64,000 bases of DNA from an uncultured Candidatus Saccharibacteria bacterium (lineage in GTDB: Bacteria > Patescibacteriota > Minisyncoccia > 2-02-FULL-40-12). How positions within the stretch are numbered: the first letter of the stretch is position 1; the number at the start of each line of letters is the position of its first letter. Location of the stretch: positions 42,926 to 106,925 of the forward strand of contig CAYIZI010000001.1 in the NCBI GenBank assembly GCA_964368135.1, written 5' to 3'. The position numbers and the translations under genes were made by a program. Shown here piece by piece: positions 1 through 8,413 of this stretch. Under the pieces are notes generated by a model. That model saw only the letters and a program-made list of their open reading frames with translations, did not search any database and had not been told where the DNA came from.

Positions 1-2
1 TC

Positions 3-125
3 AAGGTTGAAATCTGTTCTGCTTGCCATCCTTTTTACACCGGCAAAGGTAAGATAGTTGATACTAAAGGAAGAGTGGAAAGATTTAAACGTAGATTAGA
101 AAAAACCCGAAAGAGAAAAAAATAA
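3..125 (+). CDS. rpmE: 50S ribosomal protein L31, 3' end (gene runs off the window start)
   Basis: Frame-3 translation ...[40 protein letters not shown]; C-x-x-C/HPFYTG signature of zinc-type L31; TAA stop at 123-125. Confidence 0.8.
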   Translation, partial: KVEICSACHPFYTGKGKIVDTKGRVERFKRRLEKTRKRKK

Positions 126-135
126 CATCCCAATC

Positions 136-169
136 TACAAATTCGTAAATTGGAATTCATTCGTAAATT
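136..169 (+). promoter_or_regulatory. Two direct TTCGTAAATT boxes (142-151, 160-169) immediately upstream of the prfA TTG start; a third copy lies at 942-951
   Basis: Exact 10-mer repeated three times within 1 kb, each upstream of a plus-strand gene; contains a TAAAT -10-like core. Confidence 0.3.
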
Positions 170-906
170 TGAATGATATGGACGAAGTCATTATGGAAAT
201 CCGGGCCGGAACCGGCGGTGAAGAAGCAGCCCTCTTTGCCTCTAATCTATTCAATATGTATAAAAAATACGCCCTTAAGCAGGGATGGAAATTTAACATT
301 CTTGATTATAGCCCCACTACTTTAGGCGGCTTCAGGCAGATTACTTTTGAAATAGCCGGGCCAGAGGTGTTAAAAAAACTTGCTCGGGAAGCCGGAGTCC
401 ACCGGGTTCAGCGGATCCCTAAAACCGAAAAATCGGGGCGGGTTCACACCTCCACGGCCACGGTGGCCGTCCTGCCTAAAGTAAAAGAAACCGATGTTAA
501 AATAAATCCAAACGACTTAGAGGTCTCTTTCTTCCGTTCATCCGGGCCAGGCGGCCAAAATGTCCAAAAAGTTGAAACCGCCGTCCGGATTAGACATAAA
601 CCGACCGGTATTGTAGTATCCTCTCAAGAAGAACGTTCCCAGCAAAGAAACCGGGATAAAGCCCTGGAAATTCTAAGGTCCAAGCTATGGCAGGCCCGGC
701 AGGAAAAGCAAAGCGGCGAGATAACCGAAGAAAGAAGAAAACAGATCGGGCAAGCCCAAAGGGCGGAAAAAATAAGAACCTATAATTTTCCTCAAGACCG
801 AGTGACTGACCACCGAGTTAAAAAGAGCTGGGGCAATTTAGAAGGAATAATGGATGGTGAATTAGACAAGATCGTTGAAGTTCTTTCAAAAAAGAGTAAT
901 AAATAA
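169..906 (+). CDS. prfA: Peptide chain release factor 1, domains 2-4 only (no N-terminal domain 1)
   Basis: EIRAGTGGEEAALFA, decoding tripeptide P-K-T (QRIPKTEKSGRVHTS), GGQ (SGPGGQNVQKV) and RTYNFPQDRVTDHR all align with RF1 residues ~104-360; TTG start 43 nt after the rpmE stop. Confidence 0.8.
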   Translation: MNDMDEVIMEIRAGTGGEEAALFASNLFNMYKKYALKQGWKFNILDYSPTTLGGFRQITFEIAGPEVLKKLAREAGVHRVQRIPKTEKSGRVHTSTATVAVLPKVKETDVKINPNDLEVSFFRSSGPGGQNVQKVETAVRIRHKPTGIVVSSQEERSQQRNRDKALEILRSKLWQARQEKQSGEITEERRKQIGQAQRAEKIRTYNFPQDRVTDHRVKKSWGNLEGIMDGELDKIVEVLSKKSNK

Positions 907-941
907 CACCAAATATACGAATGTATCCCTATCTGCGAATC

Positions 942-951
942 TTCGTAAATT
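942..951 (+). promoter_or_regulatory. Third TTCGTAAATT box, upstream of the 1025 gene
   Basis: Identical 10-mer to 142-151 and 160-169. Confidence 0.25.
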
Positions 952-1024
952 GATCGTCGAAGGTTCCGCCGATTAGCGAAGCTAATCGTAGCGGAATCGC
1001 TGTTGAATACATTTGTAGATTGGA

Positions 1025-1675
1025 ATGAGATATATGGCCGAAGAACAGCAAAACCAAGGAATGAGAGCTTTGATCCCAGAATCAAGACAATCCGAGTTAA
1101 AGCCAGAGCCGCCTCAACAACCCCCCCAATTACCTGGTCCAGTTTTTGAACCAAAGCCGGGTTGGGGAGGAAAATTCTCAAATTGGTGGAAAAAGAATTT
1201 CATCAAAGTGGCTCTGCCGATAATCATAGCGGCGGTTATAGTAGCAGTAACTATCTTTCTTAGAACCAGGCAAGAACCGGAACAAGAATCCAAGACCCAA
1301 GTTCCCGGAGCTACCGACCAAATTAGGACTGAAGAACAAGTAATCGTTGAAGAAATAACCACTGAAGAAGGCCGGGTTGAAAGCATTTACCGGGCTGCCG
1401 CCCAAAAAGGTGAAGGCACCACTCACTTAGCCAGAAAAGCTTTGAAAGAGTATCTAAAAGAAAACTCATCGGCTGGCGAAGGACTAAGGGCCGAGCATAA
1501 AATTTACATTGAGGACTACCTGAAAGACCAGCACGGAGAAAGATTTTTGGAAATAGGCGAAGAACTGGAATTCTCCTCCAACGACATTACTCAAGCGGTT
1601 GAAATGGCGAAAAGTTTATCGGAAAATCAATTATCCAACTTGAGCCAATTTGTTCCGCTGGTCTCGGGGTTATAG
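1025..1675 (+). CDS. Hypothetical membrane protein (Pro-rich N-terminus, one TM helix, C-terminal soluble domain)
   Basis: ORF with PEPPQQPPQLPGP low-complexity, hydrophobic segment VALPIIIAAVIVAVTIFL; no recognisable family. Confidence 0.4.
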   Translation: MRYMAEEQQNQGMRALIPESRQSELKPEPPQQPPQLPGPVFEPKPGWGGKFSNWWKKNFIKVALPIIIAAVIVAVTIFLRTRQEPEQESKTQVPGATDQIRTEEQVIVEEITTEEGRVESIYRAAAQKGEGTTHLARKALKEYLKENSSAGEGLRAEHKIYIEDYLKDQHGERFLEIGEELEFSSNDITQAVEMAKSLSENQLSNLSQFVPLVSGL

Positions 1676-1704
1676 CAAATTGATTTTTTGCTATAACGGG
1701 CATT

Positions 1705-1798
1705 TTAGGCGAGCGTACTGGCTCGCCGTAAAAATGCCCCGGGTTTCGCCCAGAAGGCGAAAATAAACTAAAAATCCGCCTCACCGGCGGATTTTTAG
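1705..1798. terminator. Cluster of three stem-loops between convergent genes; the last is a bidirectional intrinsic terminator
   Basis: ggcgagc-gtact-ggctcgcc (1709-1727); ttcgcc-cagaa-ggcgaa (1744-1760); aaaaatccgcc-tcacc-ggcggattttt (1770-1796) with A-run and T-run flanks. Confidence 0.55.
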
Positions 1799-1799
1799 T

Positions 1800-2498
1800 T
1801 TATTTCTTTTCCTTGCCCTCCGAAGCCTTGGCGGAGGGAGGTTCTTTCCCTTTTTCCGTAGCCGGCGCTTCTGCCTCTGGTTTTTCCTCCTTTTTAATAA
1901 CCTCAACCTCCTCAACTGACGGCGGCGCCGCTTCTTCAATCTCCTCTTTTCTCGGCTCCTGAACAAGGGCAATCACGTCTTCGGGGTTGGCATTAATTTT
2001 CACCTTATCTGACAAAAGAATATTTTTAATTTTCACTTCATCGCCGAAATTATTTAAAACTGAAATATCAATCTGAAGTTCGTGGGGCAAATCCTGGGGC
2101 AGGGCTTCCACTTCAAGTTCATTGACCGTCTTAACCAAAATACCGCCGCTTTTAACCGCTTCTGATTCGCCTATCACGACAACTTGAACATTTGCCTTTA
2201 TTTTTTCCAAAAGATTAACTTTATAAAAATCGGCGTGAGTAATCTGATCGGTGATCGGATCTCTCTGAATATCTTTTATCACTGCCGGCTCAACTTTCGC
2301 CCCTATTTTTAAATTTATCAAAGTTGACTCACCGGCTTTTTTAAAGACTTTTTCAAAATCTGTGTATTTAATCTGAATCGGAACTGTCGCAAAGTCGTGG
2401 CCATAAACAACCGATGGCAAAAACCCCTCTTTTCTCAAAGAATTAAGCGCCTTCCCGACTGATTCGCGTTTCTGGGCCTGGAGTTCAATACGATCCAT
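1800..2498 (-). CDS. rplY: 50S ribosomal protein L25 / general stress protein Ctc with Lys/Glu-rich C-terminal tail
   Basis: MDRIELQAQKRESVGKALNSLRKEGFLPSVVYG... typical L25/Ctc N-terminus; start trimmed to the ATG at 2498 (the 41-aa ORF extension upstream is not L25-like). Confidence 0.8.
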   Translation of the reverse strand: MDRIELQAQKRESVGKALNSLRKEGFLPSVVYGHDFATVPIQIKYTDFEKVFKKAGESTLINLKIGAKVEPAVIKDIQRDPITDQITHADFYKVNLLEKIKANVQVVVIGESEAVKSGGILVKTVNELEVEALPQDLPHELQIDISVLNNFGDEVKIKNILLSDKVKINANPEDVIALVQEPRKEEIEEAAPPSVEEVEVIKKEEKPEAEAPATEKGKEPPSAKASEGKEKK

Positions 2499-2566
2499 AA
2501 CGAAAAAAGTATAGAGTATCTGATAAAAATTATCAAGTATAAAAAGAGGGTCGTTTTTCGCTTTCC

Positions 2567-4033
2567 TTATTCTTCTGGTAATTCTTCTTTCTGAACCTTG
2601 GGCCTCTGTTTCTCCAACCACTCTTTCACCATCATCGTGGCCCGCGCGTCATCTTCATTGTATTTGATGAGCTTATTTAAAAATTCTTTCTTCTGCGTCT
2701 GAAGCCATTGGTCATACCACAAAACCGCTTCTCCCCCGCCCGCGCCTTCATCCTGCCACTTATAACCGGCATAACCAGCCACATCTTTTAAACTATAAAA
2801 ATACAACGGCAGAACTACTGAACCGGTTGTAATGTAATACAAATCTAAACTATTTTCCCTGAATTTCCTCATTAAGTCTGATTGAGGGCCATATCTTTTT
2901 TCCAACCGATTTAAAACATGCTTCTCATAATATCCGTAATGGTAGAGAACAAAATTTTCCTGCTTCTCTAAAAATTTTAAAAAATCTTGCCAGATTTTTT
3001 CCTCGTCTTTTTTGTTTTTAGCCAAATAGTATTCAAAGCTTGGAGTTTTTCGGTCAGCTTTTTTAATTAATAATCCAAAGAGAAAATCTGTCCCCTGGGT
3101 TGGATCGCTTTCAACATCAAAATAAATTTCGGTTTCTGCTTCCGGAAAATTATATTTTTGGATAATTAGGGGTTGGTCTGAAACCAGGACTTGGGCCTGA
3201 TTATGGAGCCGGACCAACTTATCAAAATTCCAGCTCGAGAGACTGTCGCGCAACCAAGACAAATCTGCTTCGGCCATGTCTTTCAATGTTTTTATACCTA
3301 TTTCATAAAGCTCTTTTTGGTCTCTCTGGCTGATTCCGTGAATTAAAGAAACATCATCACAGCCTCTGGAATCTTGCTCGCAAATTGAAAACCAGGGGCT
3401 TCTTTTGCAGCCACCTTTCAAAAAAGGCACTGGTTTTTCACCATTCAGAACTTTTTCTATTTCCTGCAAAGTAAAATTAAATCTATCCAAAAAAGGCTCA
3501 ATTAAAAAAGATCTGGTTTCACCGTCAGCATTTATGATTACTGCTTCGGCCGGCCGGATGCCCTGGATGTTTTCCAGAATCAAACTGGCGAATACCAAAG
3601 GGAATTTATATTCATCCCGAAGCTCTGGGTCGTTTCTGATATCGTAAGCTACATAGTACCAATCACCGAAATTACTCTTGCGGACTTTCTCGCCAAAGTC
3701 TTTAAGTTCGCTAATCGGCCGGGCTTCAATAAAATCAGGCTCGCCGACCCAGTGATGATGCATTAAAACTGGTTTATAAATATTTTTACCCTGTTTCATC
3801 AGTTCAACTGTGGCTAAAAATGCCTCATCAAGATCATTATAAAGTTCTGGCTTTATTTCCACGAATTCTTTTTGAGACAAGACTTTGTGCGGCTCGCGGA
3901 TGCGGCCAGAATAAAGCATCTCCAAAACCGGCGGAATATGTTTATGCTTTTTCTGGTCTTCGTAAATGTCATACCAAATCCAATGAGGGCAAAGGAAAAA
4001 TTTATAGAAGTGTTCGGATTTTATTTTTTGCAT
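2567..4033 (-). CDS. RecB-family nuclease, TM0106-like (Cys-cluster PD-(D/E)XK nuclease domain plus RNase H-like domain)
   Basis: Cys cluster CKRSPWFSICEQDSRGCDD, PD-(D/E)XK-like core, C-terminal IYFDVESDPTQGTDFLFGLL RNase H-like exonuclease segment; ~490 aa as in the TM0106 family. Confidence 0.5.
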   Translation of the reverse strand: MQKIKSEHFYKFFLCPHWIWYDIYEDQKKHKHIPPVLEMLYSGRIREPHKVLSQKEFVEIKPELYNDLDEAFLATVELMKQGKNIYKPVLMHHHWVGEPDFIEARPISELKDFGEKVRKSNFGDWYYVAYDIRNDPELRDEYKFPLVFASLILENIQGIRPAEAVIINADGETRSFLIEPFLDRFNFTLQEIEKVLNGEKPVPFLKGGCKRSPWFSICEQDSRGCDDVSLIHGISQRDQKELYEIGIKTLKDMAEADLSWLRDSLSSWNFDKLVRLHNQAQVLVSDQPLIIQKYNFPEAETEIYFDVESDPTQGTDFLFGLLIKKADRKTPSFEYYLAKNKKDEEKIWQDFLKFLEKQENFVLYHYGYYEKHVLNRLEKRYGPQSDLMRKFRENSLDLYYITTGSVVLPLYFYSLKDVAGYAGYKWQDEGAGGGEAVLWYDQWLQTQKKEFLNKLIKYNEDDARATMMVKEWLEKQRPKVQKEELPEE

Positions 4034-5289
4034 TATCTAAAAATTGCTTTTAAAAAAATTCTGGTCACGTAAACGGCGCTGAAGATGCTGAAAATTGTGC
4101 CGATGGCCAAGGTTAAGGCAAAACCTTTGACCAGTGAGGCGGCAAAAATGTAAAGAATAACTGCGGCAATCAATGTGGTAATCTGCGAGTCGCGGATTGA
4201 AGACCAGGCCCGGTTAAAACCAATATCAATCGCCGCGGCCCTGTTTTTTCCATCTTTTAATTCTTCTTTAATCCTTGAAAAAATCAAAATGTTGCCGTCC
4301 ACGGCCATACCCAAAGACAAAATGAACCCGGCTATGCCAGATAGAGTCAGGGTCACCGGGATAAGTTTAAAAACAGCAAGAACCAAAACAGTATAAAAAG
4401 CCAGAGCAAAAACTGAAACCAGACCAAAACCGCGGTAAAAAATAATCATAAACAAAACCAAGGCCAATAAACCGTAAACTCCGGCCTGCAAACTTTTTTC
4501 CAAATATTCCCTCCCCAGAGTCGGCCCAATTGTCTGCTGGGAAATAAGACCTATCGGTACCGGCAAAGCTCCAGCTGAAAGCCGCTGAGCCAAGTTTCTA
4601 GCCTCATTAATGGTAAACCGCCCGCTAATTACGGCTTGGCCATTAGCTATCTCATCTTGAACTATGGGAGCGCTGATCGGCTGGCCATCAAGAAAAATAG
4701 CCAGGGGTTTGCCTAAATTTCTTTTTGTAATTTCAGAAAGCAATCTTGTTCCCTCGTCATTAAACTCTAAACTTACCAGCGGCAAATTTGTATTTGGGTC
4801 AAAAGCAAGAAAGGCTCGCTTTAATTGCTTACCGGTTAAGCCGGTTGAAACAAAGCCAGATGCCTCGGCCACAACCTCGCCTTCAGCTTCAATTTCCGGC
4901 AGTTCAATATTAACTAATTCTCTAAACTCCAAAAAAGGCGTTTCCCCTATCAGTTTAATCGCTTCGGCAGTATCTTTGACTTGAGGTAATTCAACAATCA
5001 ATCTATTCTCGCCGCTCACCTGAATATTTGGCTCAGCGACGCCAAAAATATTAACCCGCCTTTCGATAACGTCTCTAACCCCTGCCATTGAATCTTCTCT
5101 ATCGCCCGGCGGCACCGCGGTTAAATCAGCCTCATAAACTAAATGGGCCCCGCCAAGCAAATCAAGGCCTAATCGAAACGGTTTTTCCGGAATTTTTATG
5201 TTTAAAGAAACAAGCCACCCACTGGCCAGTTGCGGATAAACAAAAAAAGCCAGGAGAACTAAAACTATTGTTAAAATTAAAACCTTCAT
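4033..5289 (-). CDS. secD: Protein translocase subunit SecD (no SecF adjacent or fused)
   Basis: LGLDLLGGAHLVYEADL motif, 6-TM C-terminal domain GMAVDGNILIFSRIKEE...; 418 aa, so SecD only. Confidence 0.8.
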   Translation of the reverse strand: MKVLILTIVLVLLAFFVYPQLASGWLVSLNIKIPEKPFRLGLDLLGGAHLVYEADLTAVPPGDREDSMAGVRDVIERRVNIFGVAEPNIQVSGENRLIVELPQVKDTAEAIKLIGETPFLEFRELVNIELPEIEAEGEVVAEASGFVSTGLTGKQLKRAFLAFDPNTNLPLVSLEFNDEGTRLLSEITKRNLGKPLAIFLDGQPISAPIVQDEIANGQAVISGRFTINEARNLAQRLSAGALPVPIGLISQQTIGPTLGREYLEKSLQAGVYGLLALVLFMIIFYRGFGLVSVFALAFYTVLVLAVFKLIPVTLTLSGIAGFILSLGMAVDGNILIFSRIKEELKDGKNRAAAIDIGFNRAWSSIRDSQITTLIAAVILYIFAASLVKGFALTLAIGTIFSIFSAVYVTRIFLKAIFR

Positions 5290-6164
5290 AAATTCAGAAA
5301 TACTTTCACTTTTTTTTCTACGACTTCTTGCATTTTTTCAACCGCTTCTTCTAAGAACTTGTAAGGCGTTGTTTCAGCCGGAGCTTCTTTTAACTTCTCG
5401 TCTAATCCTTTACGATAAGCCACTCTGACTTCGGTGTTTATATGAATATTAATGACGCCGTTTTCAATAGCTTTTTTAAAATCTTTATCGTCCAAACCAG
5501 AACCGCCGTGTAAGACAAGAAAAGTTTGGGGCACGGCCTCGTTTATTTTTCTAAGCAAAGAGAAATCTAATTTTTCTTCTTGTTTGGTGACTACGCCGTG
5601 AATATTGCCGAAAACCACGGCTAATCGGTCAACCCCGGTTTTTTCAACGAACTCCTTAGCTTCCTCGGGTTTAGTAAAATCTTCTGATTTTATCGCAATT
5701 GTTTCCTGAAGTTTTGACTCCCCTTTTAAATAACCCAACTCGCCCTCAACGGTAATTCGTCCATTTTTGGATTTGGCATAATCTCTAACCCGGTGTGCCA
5801 CTTTTATATTTTCTTCAAATGGCAAAGATGAGGAATCAATCAGTACGGTGTCATAACCAGCGTCCAGGGCCTCTTTGCAGGATTCAAAGCTTTTATGGTG
5901 GTCAGCGTTTAAAAAAATAGCTAAGTTAGTGTCTGACTTCCAAGCATCAACCAATTTTCTGGCTTCTTTATAGCCCAAAAACTTCGCCTCGCCCTCGCTT
6001 GTACCGACCATTAAAGCATACTGATCGTAGGGTAAATTATAAAAATCCAAGACCTTCTTAAATCCCAAAACAATGGCCTTCAATTGTTCCGCCGACGCAA
6101 AATTAAAATGCGGGACAGCAAAATGTTTTTCCTTGGCAATTTTTAAATAATCATTTAAATTCAT
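5286..6164 (-). CDS. fba: Class II fructose-bisphosphate aldolase
   Basis: Class II aldolase motifs (ADHHKS, LHGGSG, INIHINTE); ~290 aa. Confidence 0.8.
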   Translation of the reverse strand: MNLNDYLKIAKEKHFAVPHFNFASAEQLKAIVLGFKKVLDFYNLPYDQYALMVGTSEGEAKFLGYKEARKLVDAWKSDTNLAIFLNADHHKSFESCKEALDAGYDTVLIDSSSLPFEENIKVAHRVRDYAKSKNGRITVEGELGYLKGESKLQETIAIKSEDFTKPEEAKEFVEKTGVDRLAVVFGNIHGVVTKQEEKLDFSLLRKINEAVPQTFLVLHGGSGLDDKDFKKAIENGVINIHINTEVRVAYRKGLDEKLKEAPAETTPYKFLEEAVEKMQEVVEKKVKVFLNL

Positions 6165-7441
6165 TAAAGTTCAATATATCCCTTTATGATATTGTCTTCA
6201 ATCAGTTCATTCATTTTCTCGCGGCCCAAATACTCAATAAAAATCTTGTTCCAAAGCGCTTCCTCTTGATGGTATAAATATTTAACTTCTTCTTTTTTGA
6301 CCAAAGTCATTACCAAATCAATCAAATCAAAACTAACCAGCTCATCACCGAAAAAGTCGCCGACAAAATCCAGTTCTTTCCATAAAAAACCAGAACCAAG
6401 TTTGCCTAAGCTTTCCTCGGCTTTAAACCAATGCTCTGCCTCCGGATTAACATGCGGTTCAAAAAGCCGGAAATCATTTTCGTCATCCTTAGCTAAATAT
6501 CTTTGAACAATTCGCCAATTTAATTTTCCCTTATCCGACAAAGGCCCTTCTAAAATATCTCCGCGAAGAAGCGATTTTAACCTCCCAACGAAATCTGACC
6601 CTGTTGAAAAACGCCTGAATAATTTTGAGTAAAACGGAACTTCGTTAAGATAATGGAGAAGTAAAGTAAAGATTCTTAAGATTTCGCCGGGCGTATCCAG
6701 TTTAAGAGGAATTATAAAAATTATTCCGAGTTCTTTAAGATGGCTCACATTATGATATTTCTTTTCCAGAAACTTTCCTACCCCGTAGGGTCGCGAAGCG
6801 ACTCCTTCGGGGTCGGCCACGCCCAACCACTTCTCTTCCAAAACCTTTAATTGTATCGGCCGTTCTTCAAAATCTTCGGGCTTTAAATTATCGTAGGCCT
6901 CGTCAAAAAACTTGTGCATCCACTCGGTATTTTGGGTGAATCGCAAAGCCGCAAAAACCGATTCAAGGGATTCTTTGTCTATCAGTTCGCGAACATCTTT
7001 ATAGCCGAAAAAATCCAAAAGATTCTGCGGCGGATATTCCCCCAGGAGTTCAACTGCCTTATCTTTCTTTATAAAAAAGCCGGCTGTGCCCTCCGAAGCT
7101 TTAGCGAAGGAGGGTTCTTTTACTAAATTAACAGCTACTTCACACATCTTGCCGCAAACCATAGAAATTTTACTTAAATCCGGCCTATCTAAAATCTCAA
7201 AAAGCTCTTTATCTAAATGAATGAGTCTTGCCTGCAAAGCATCGCGGACTTTCTTCGCCCCGGCCTCTTTTGATAAACCCAATTCATCCAAAGTCCGATT
7301 AACCAATAAATCATTCTCCTCAACGATTTTCTCAATCACCCCCCTTTTCCCGGTAATTGAAGACATTTTTTGTTCCAAATCCAAAAGCACCTCCGGCCTT
7401 ACTCGTAAAATTTTTGCTAATCGATTAAACGGATCAAGCAT
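6164..7441 (-). CDS. Conserved hypothetical protein (425 aa), translationally coupled to fba
   Basis: Long clean ORF with no family recognised by eye; its stop overlaps the fba start at 6164. Confidence 0.4.
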   Translation of the reverse strand: MLDPFNRLAKILRVRPEVLLDLEQKMSSITGKRGVIEKIVEENDLLVNRTLDELGLSKEAGAKKVRDALQARLIHLDKELFEILDRPDLSKISMVCGKMCEVAVNLVKEPSFAKASEGTAGFFIKKDKAVELLGEYPPQNLLDFFGYKDVRELIDKESLESVFAALRFTQNTEWMHKFFDEAYDNLKPEDFEERPIQLKVLEEKWLGVADPEGVASRPYGVGKFLEKKYHNVSHLKELGIIFIIPLKLDTPGEILRIFTLLLHYLNEVPFYSKLFRRFSTGSDFVGRLKSLLRGDILEGPLSDKGKLNWRIVQRYLAKDDENDFRLFEPHVNPEAEHWFKAEESLGKLGSGFLWKELDFVGDFFGDELVSFDLIDLVMTLVKKEEVKYLYHQEEALWNKIFIEYLGREKMNELIEDNIIKGYIEL

Positions 7442-7483
7442 GAAACCAGTATAAAATATTTGGTATTAAATATAAAGAAAATG

Positions 7484-7511
7484 GCGGGAACTCTGCAAAA
7501 GAATTCCCGCC
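7484..7511 (-). terminator. Intrinsic terminator of the sigma-factor gene
   Basis: ggcgggaa-N12-ttcccgcc stem directly after the TAA stop (7513-7515); U-rich tract follows on the minus strand. Confidence 0.6.
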
Positions 7512-7512
7512 T

Positions 7513-8193
7513 TTAACTATCTAAAAGTTTGATCCGAATCTTGTTGATGGCTTTGGTGTGAAGTTGCCGGACTTTGCTCTCAACGACCCCGAGAACCTGT
7601 CCGATCTGCTTAAAGGTGGCATCTTCGAAGTAATAAAGATGCACCACAATTCTTTCTTGCCGAGACAGCGTTGCAATTACATTCCTGAGACGCTTTTGGG
7701 TTTCTTTTCTTTCATATATTTTTTCTGGCGACTCAGGTTGGGGCGGGACAACTTCATCCGGCAACATCGCCGTTTCACCATTCAAACCGGCTATTGATTC
7801 CATGGCTCTGATCCGCCAAATCGTTCGCCTTATGCCTTTCTTCCAGCCGAGTCGAGCAGCTAACTCGGCATAAGAAGGTCCTTCTCCCAGTTCGGCTCGC
7901 AAGGATTCTTCAGCCTCCAAAAGCCGCCGCCTTTGTTTACGTATGGACCGCGGCCAAGCATCATGACGCATACCGTCCATCATCGCCCCGCGAATCCGTT
8001 TTGCAGCAAAAGTCTTGAGCTTGATGCCGCGGCTTTCATCAAATCGGCTGAGAGCATCAATCAAACCGATTACGCCGTATTGAACAAGGTCGTTCGCCTC
8101 AACGCTGGACGGCAGTCCTTTTGCCATATTCCAGGCAATCTGCTTAATAAGTGGAAGGGTCTCAACAATTTTCGAAGAATGATCTTCTGTCAA
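7513..8193 (-). CDS. RNA polymerase sigma factor, group 3 (FliA/WhiG/SigB-like)
   Basis: Region 2 DLVQYGVIGLIDALSRFD, region 3, region 4 HTH ATFKQIGQVLGVVESKVRQLHTKAINKIR; 226 aa. Confidence 0.7.
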   Translation of the reverse strand: MTEDHSSKIVETLPLIKQIAWNMAKGLPSSVEANDLVQYGVIGLIDALSRFDESRGIKLKTFAAKRIRGAMMDGMRHDAWPRSIRKQRRRLLEAEESLRAELGEGPSYAELAARLGWKKGIRRTIWRIRAMESIAGLNGETAMLPDEVVPPQPESPEKIYERKETQKRLRNVIATLSRQERIVVHLYYFEDATFKQIGQVLGVVESKVRQLHTKAINKIRIKLLDS

Positions 8194-8369
8194 AGTACAT
8201 CACCTCCTAACCGTTAAACCTACTCTATACCTATCAAAAAATTTCAACTTCTACCTGATAGAGATTGATTCCGGAAAAGCTGACTCTGAATTCACCTTGT
8301 ATACTTCACCTCTTTTCCAATCAAAATATATTACTTTTAAAATAAAGCGGCAAGTTAAAATAAAAAAAT

Positions 8370-8386
8370 GGCGAGGAATACTCGCC
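8370..8386 (-). terminator. Intrinsic terminator downstream of the pfkB-like kinase gene
   Basis: ggcgag-gaata-ctcgcc followed on the minus strand by a T7 run (8363-8369). Confidence 0.55.
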
Positions 8387-8413
8387 CCCACACTATTTCA
8401 AAGTTAGTCAAGA

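Noticed and set aside
1781-1972. 63-aa Arg/Lys-rich ORF
   Set aside because: It lies antisense to the Lys/Glu-rich C-terminal tail of rplY, so it is a mirror-image low-complexity artefact.
2499-2621. ORF-track N-terminal extensions: rplY (2499-2621), trxB (12498-12554), znuB-like (21915-22031), pth (27667-27720), epimerase (44724-44762), DUF192 (52588-52635), and the minor pilin and GT-C/PMT starts
   Set aside because: The extensions are non-conserved and often overlap upstream genes. The conserved N-termini begin at the internal ATG codons noted in the feature list.
7513-8193. Sigma-factor gene as a high-GC horizontally acquired island
   Set aside because: Its GC content is similar to other housekeeping genes in the window (prfA, topA). 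Only the GT core at ~38.7-41.9 kb stands out, and it is AT-rich.
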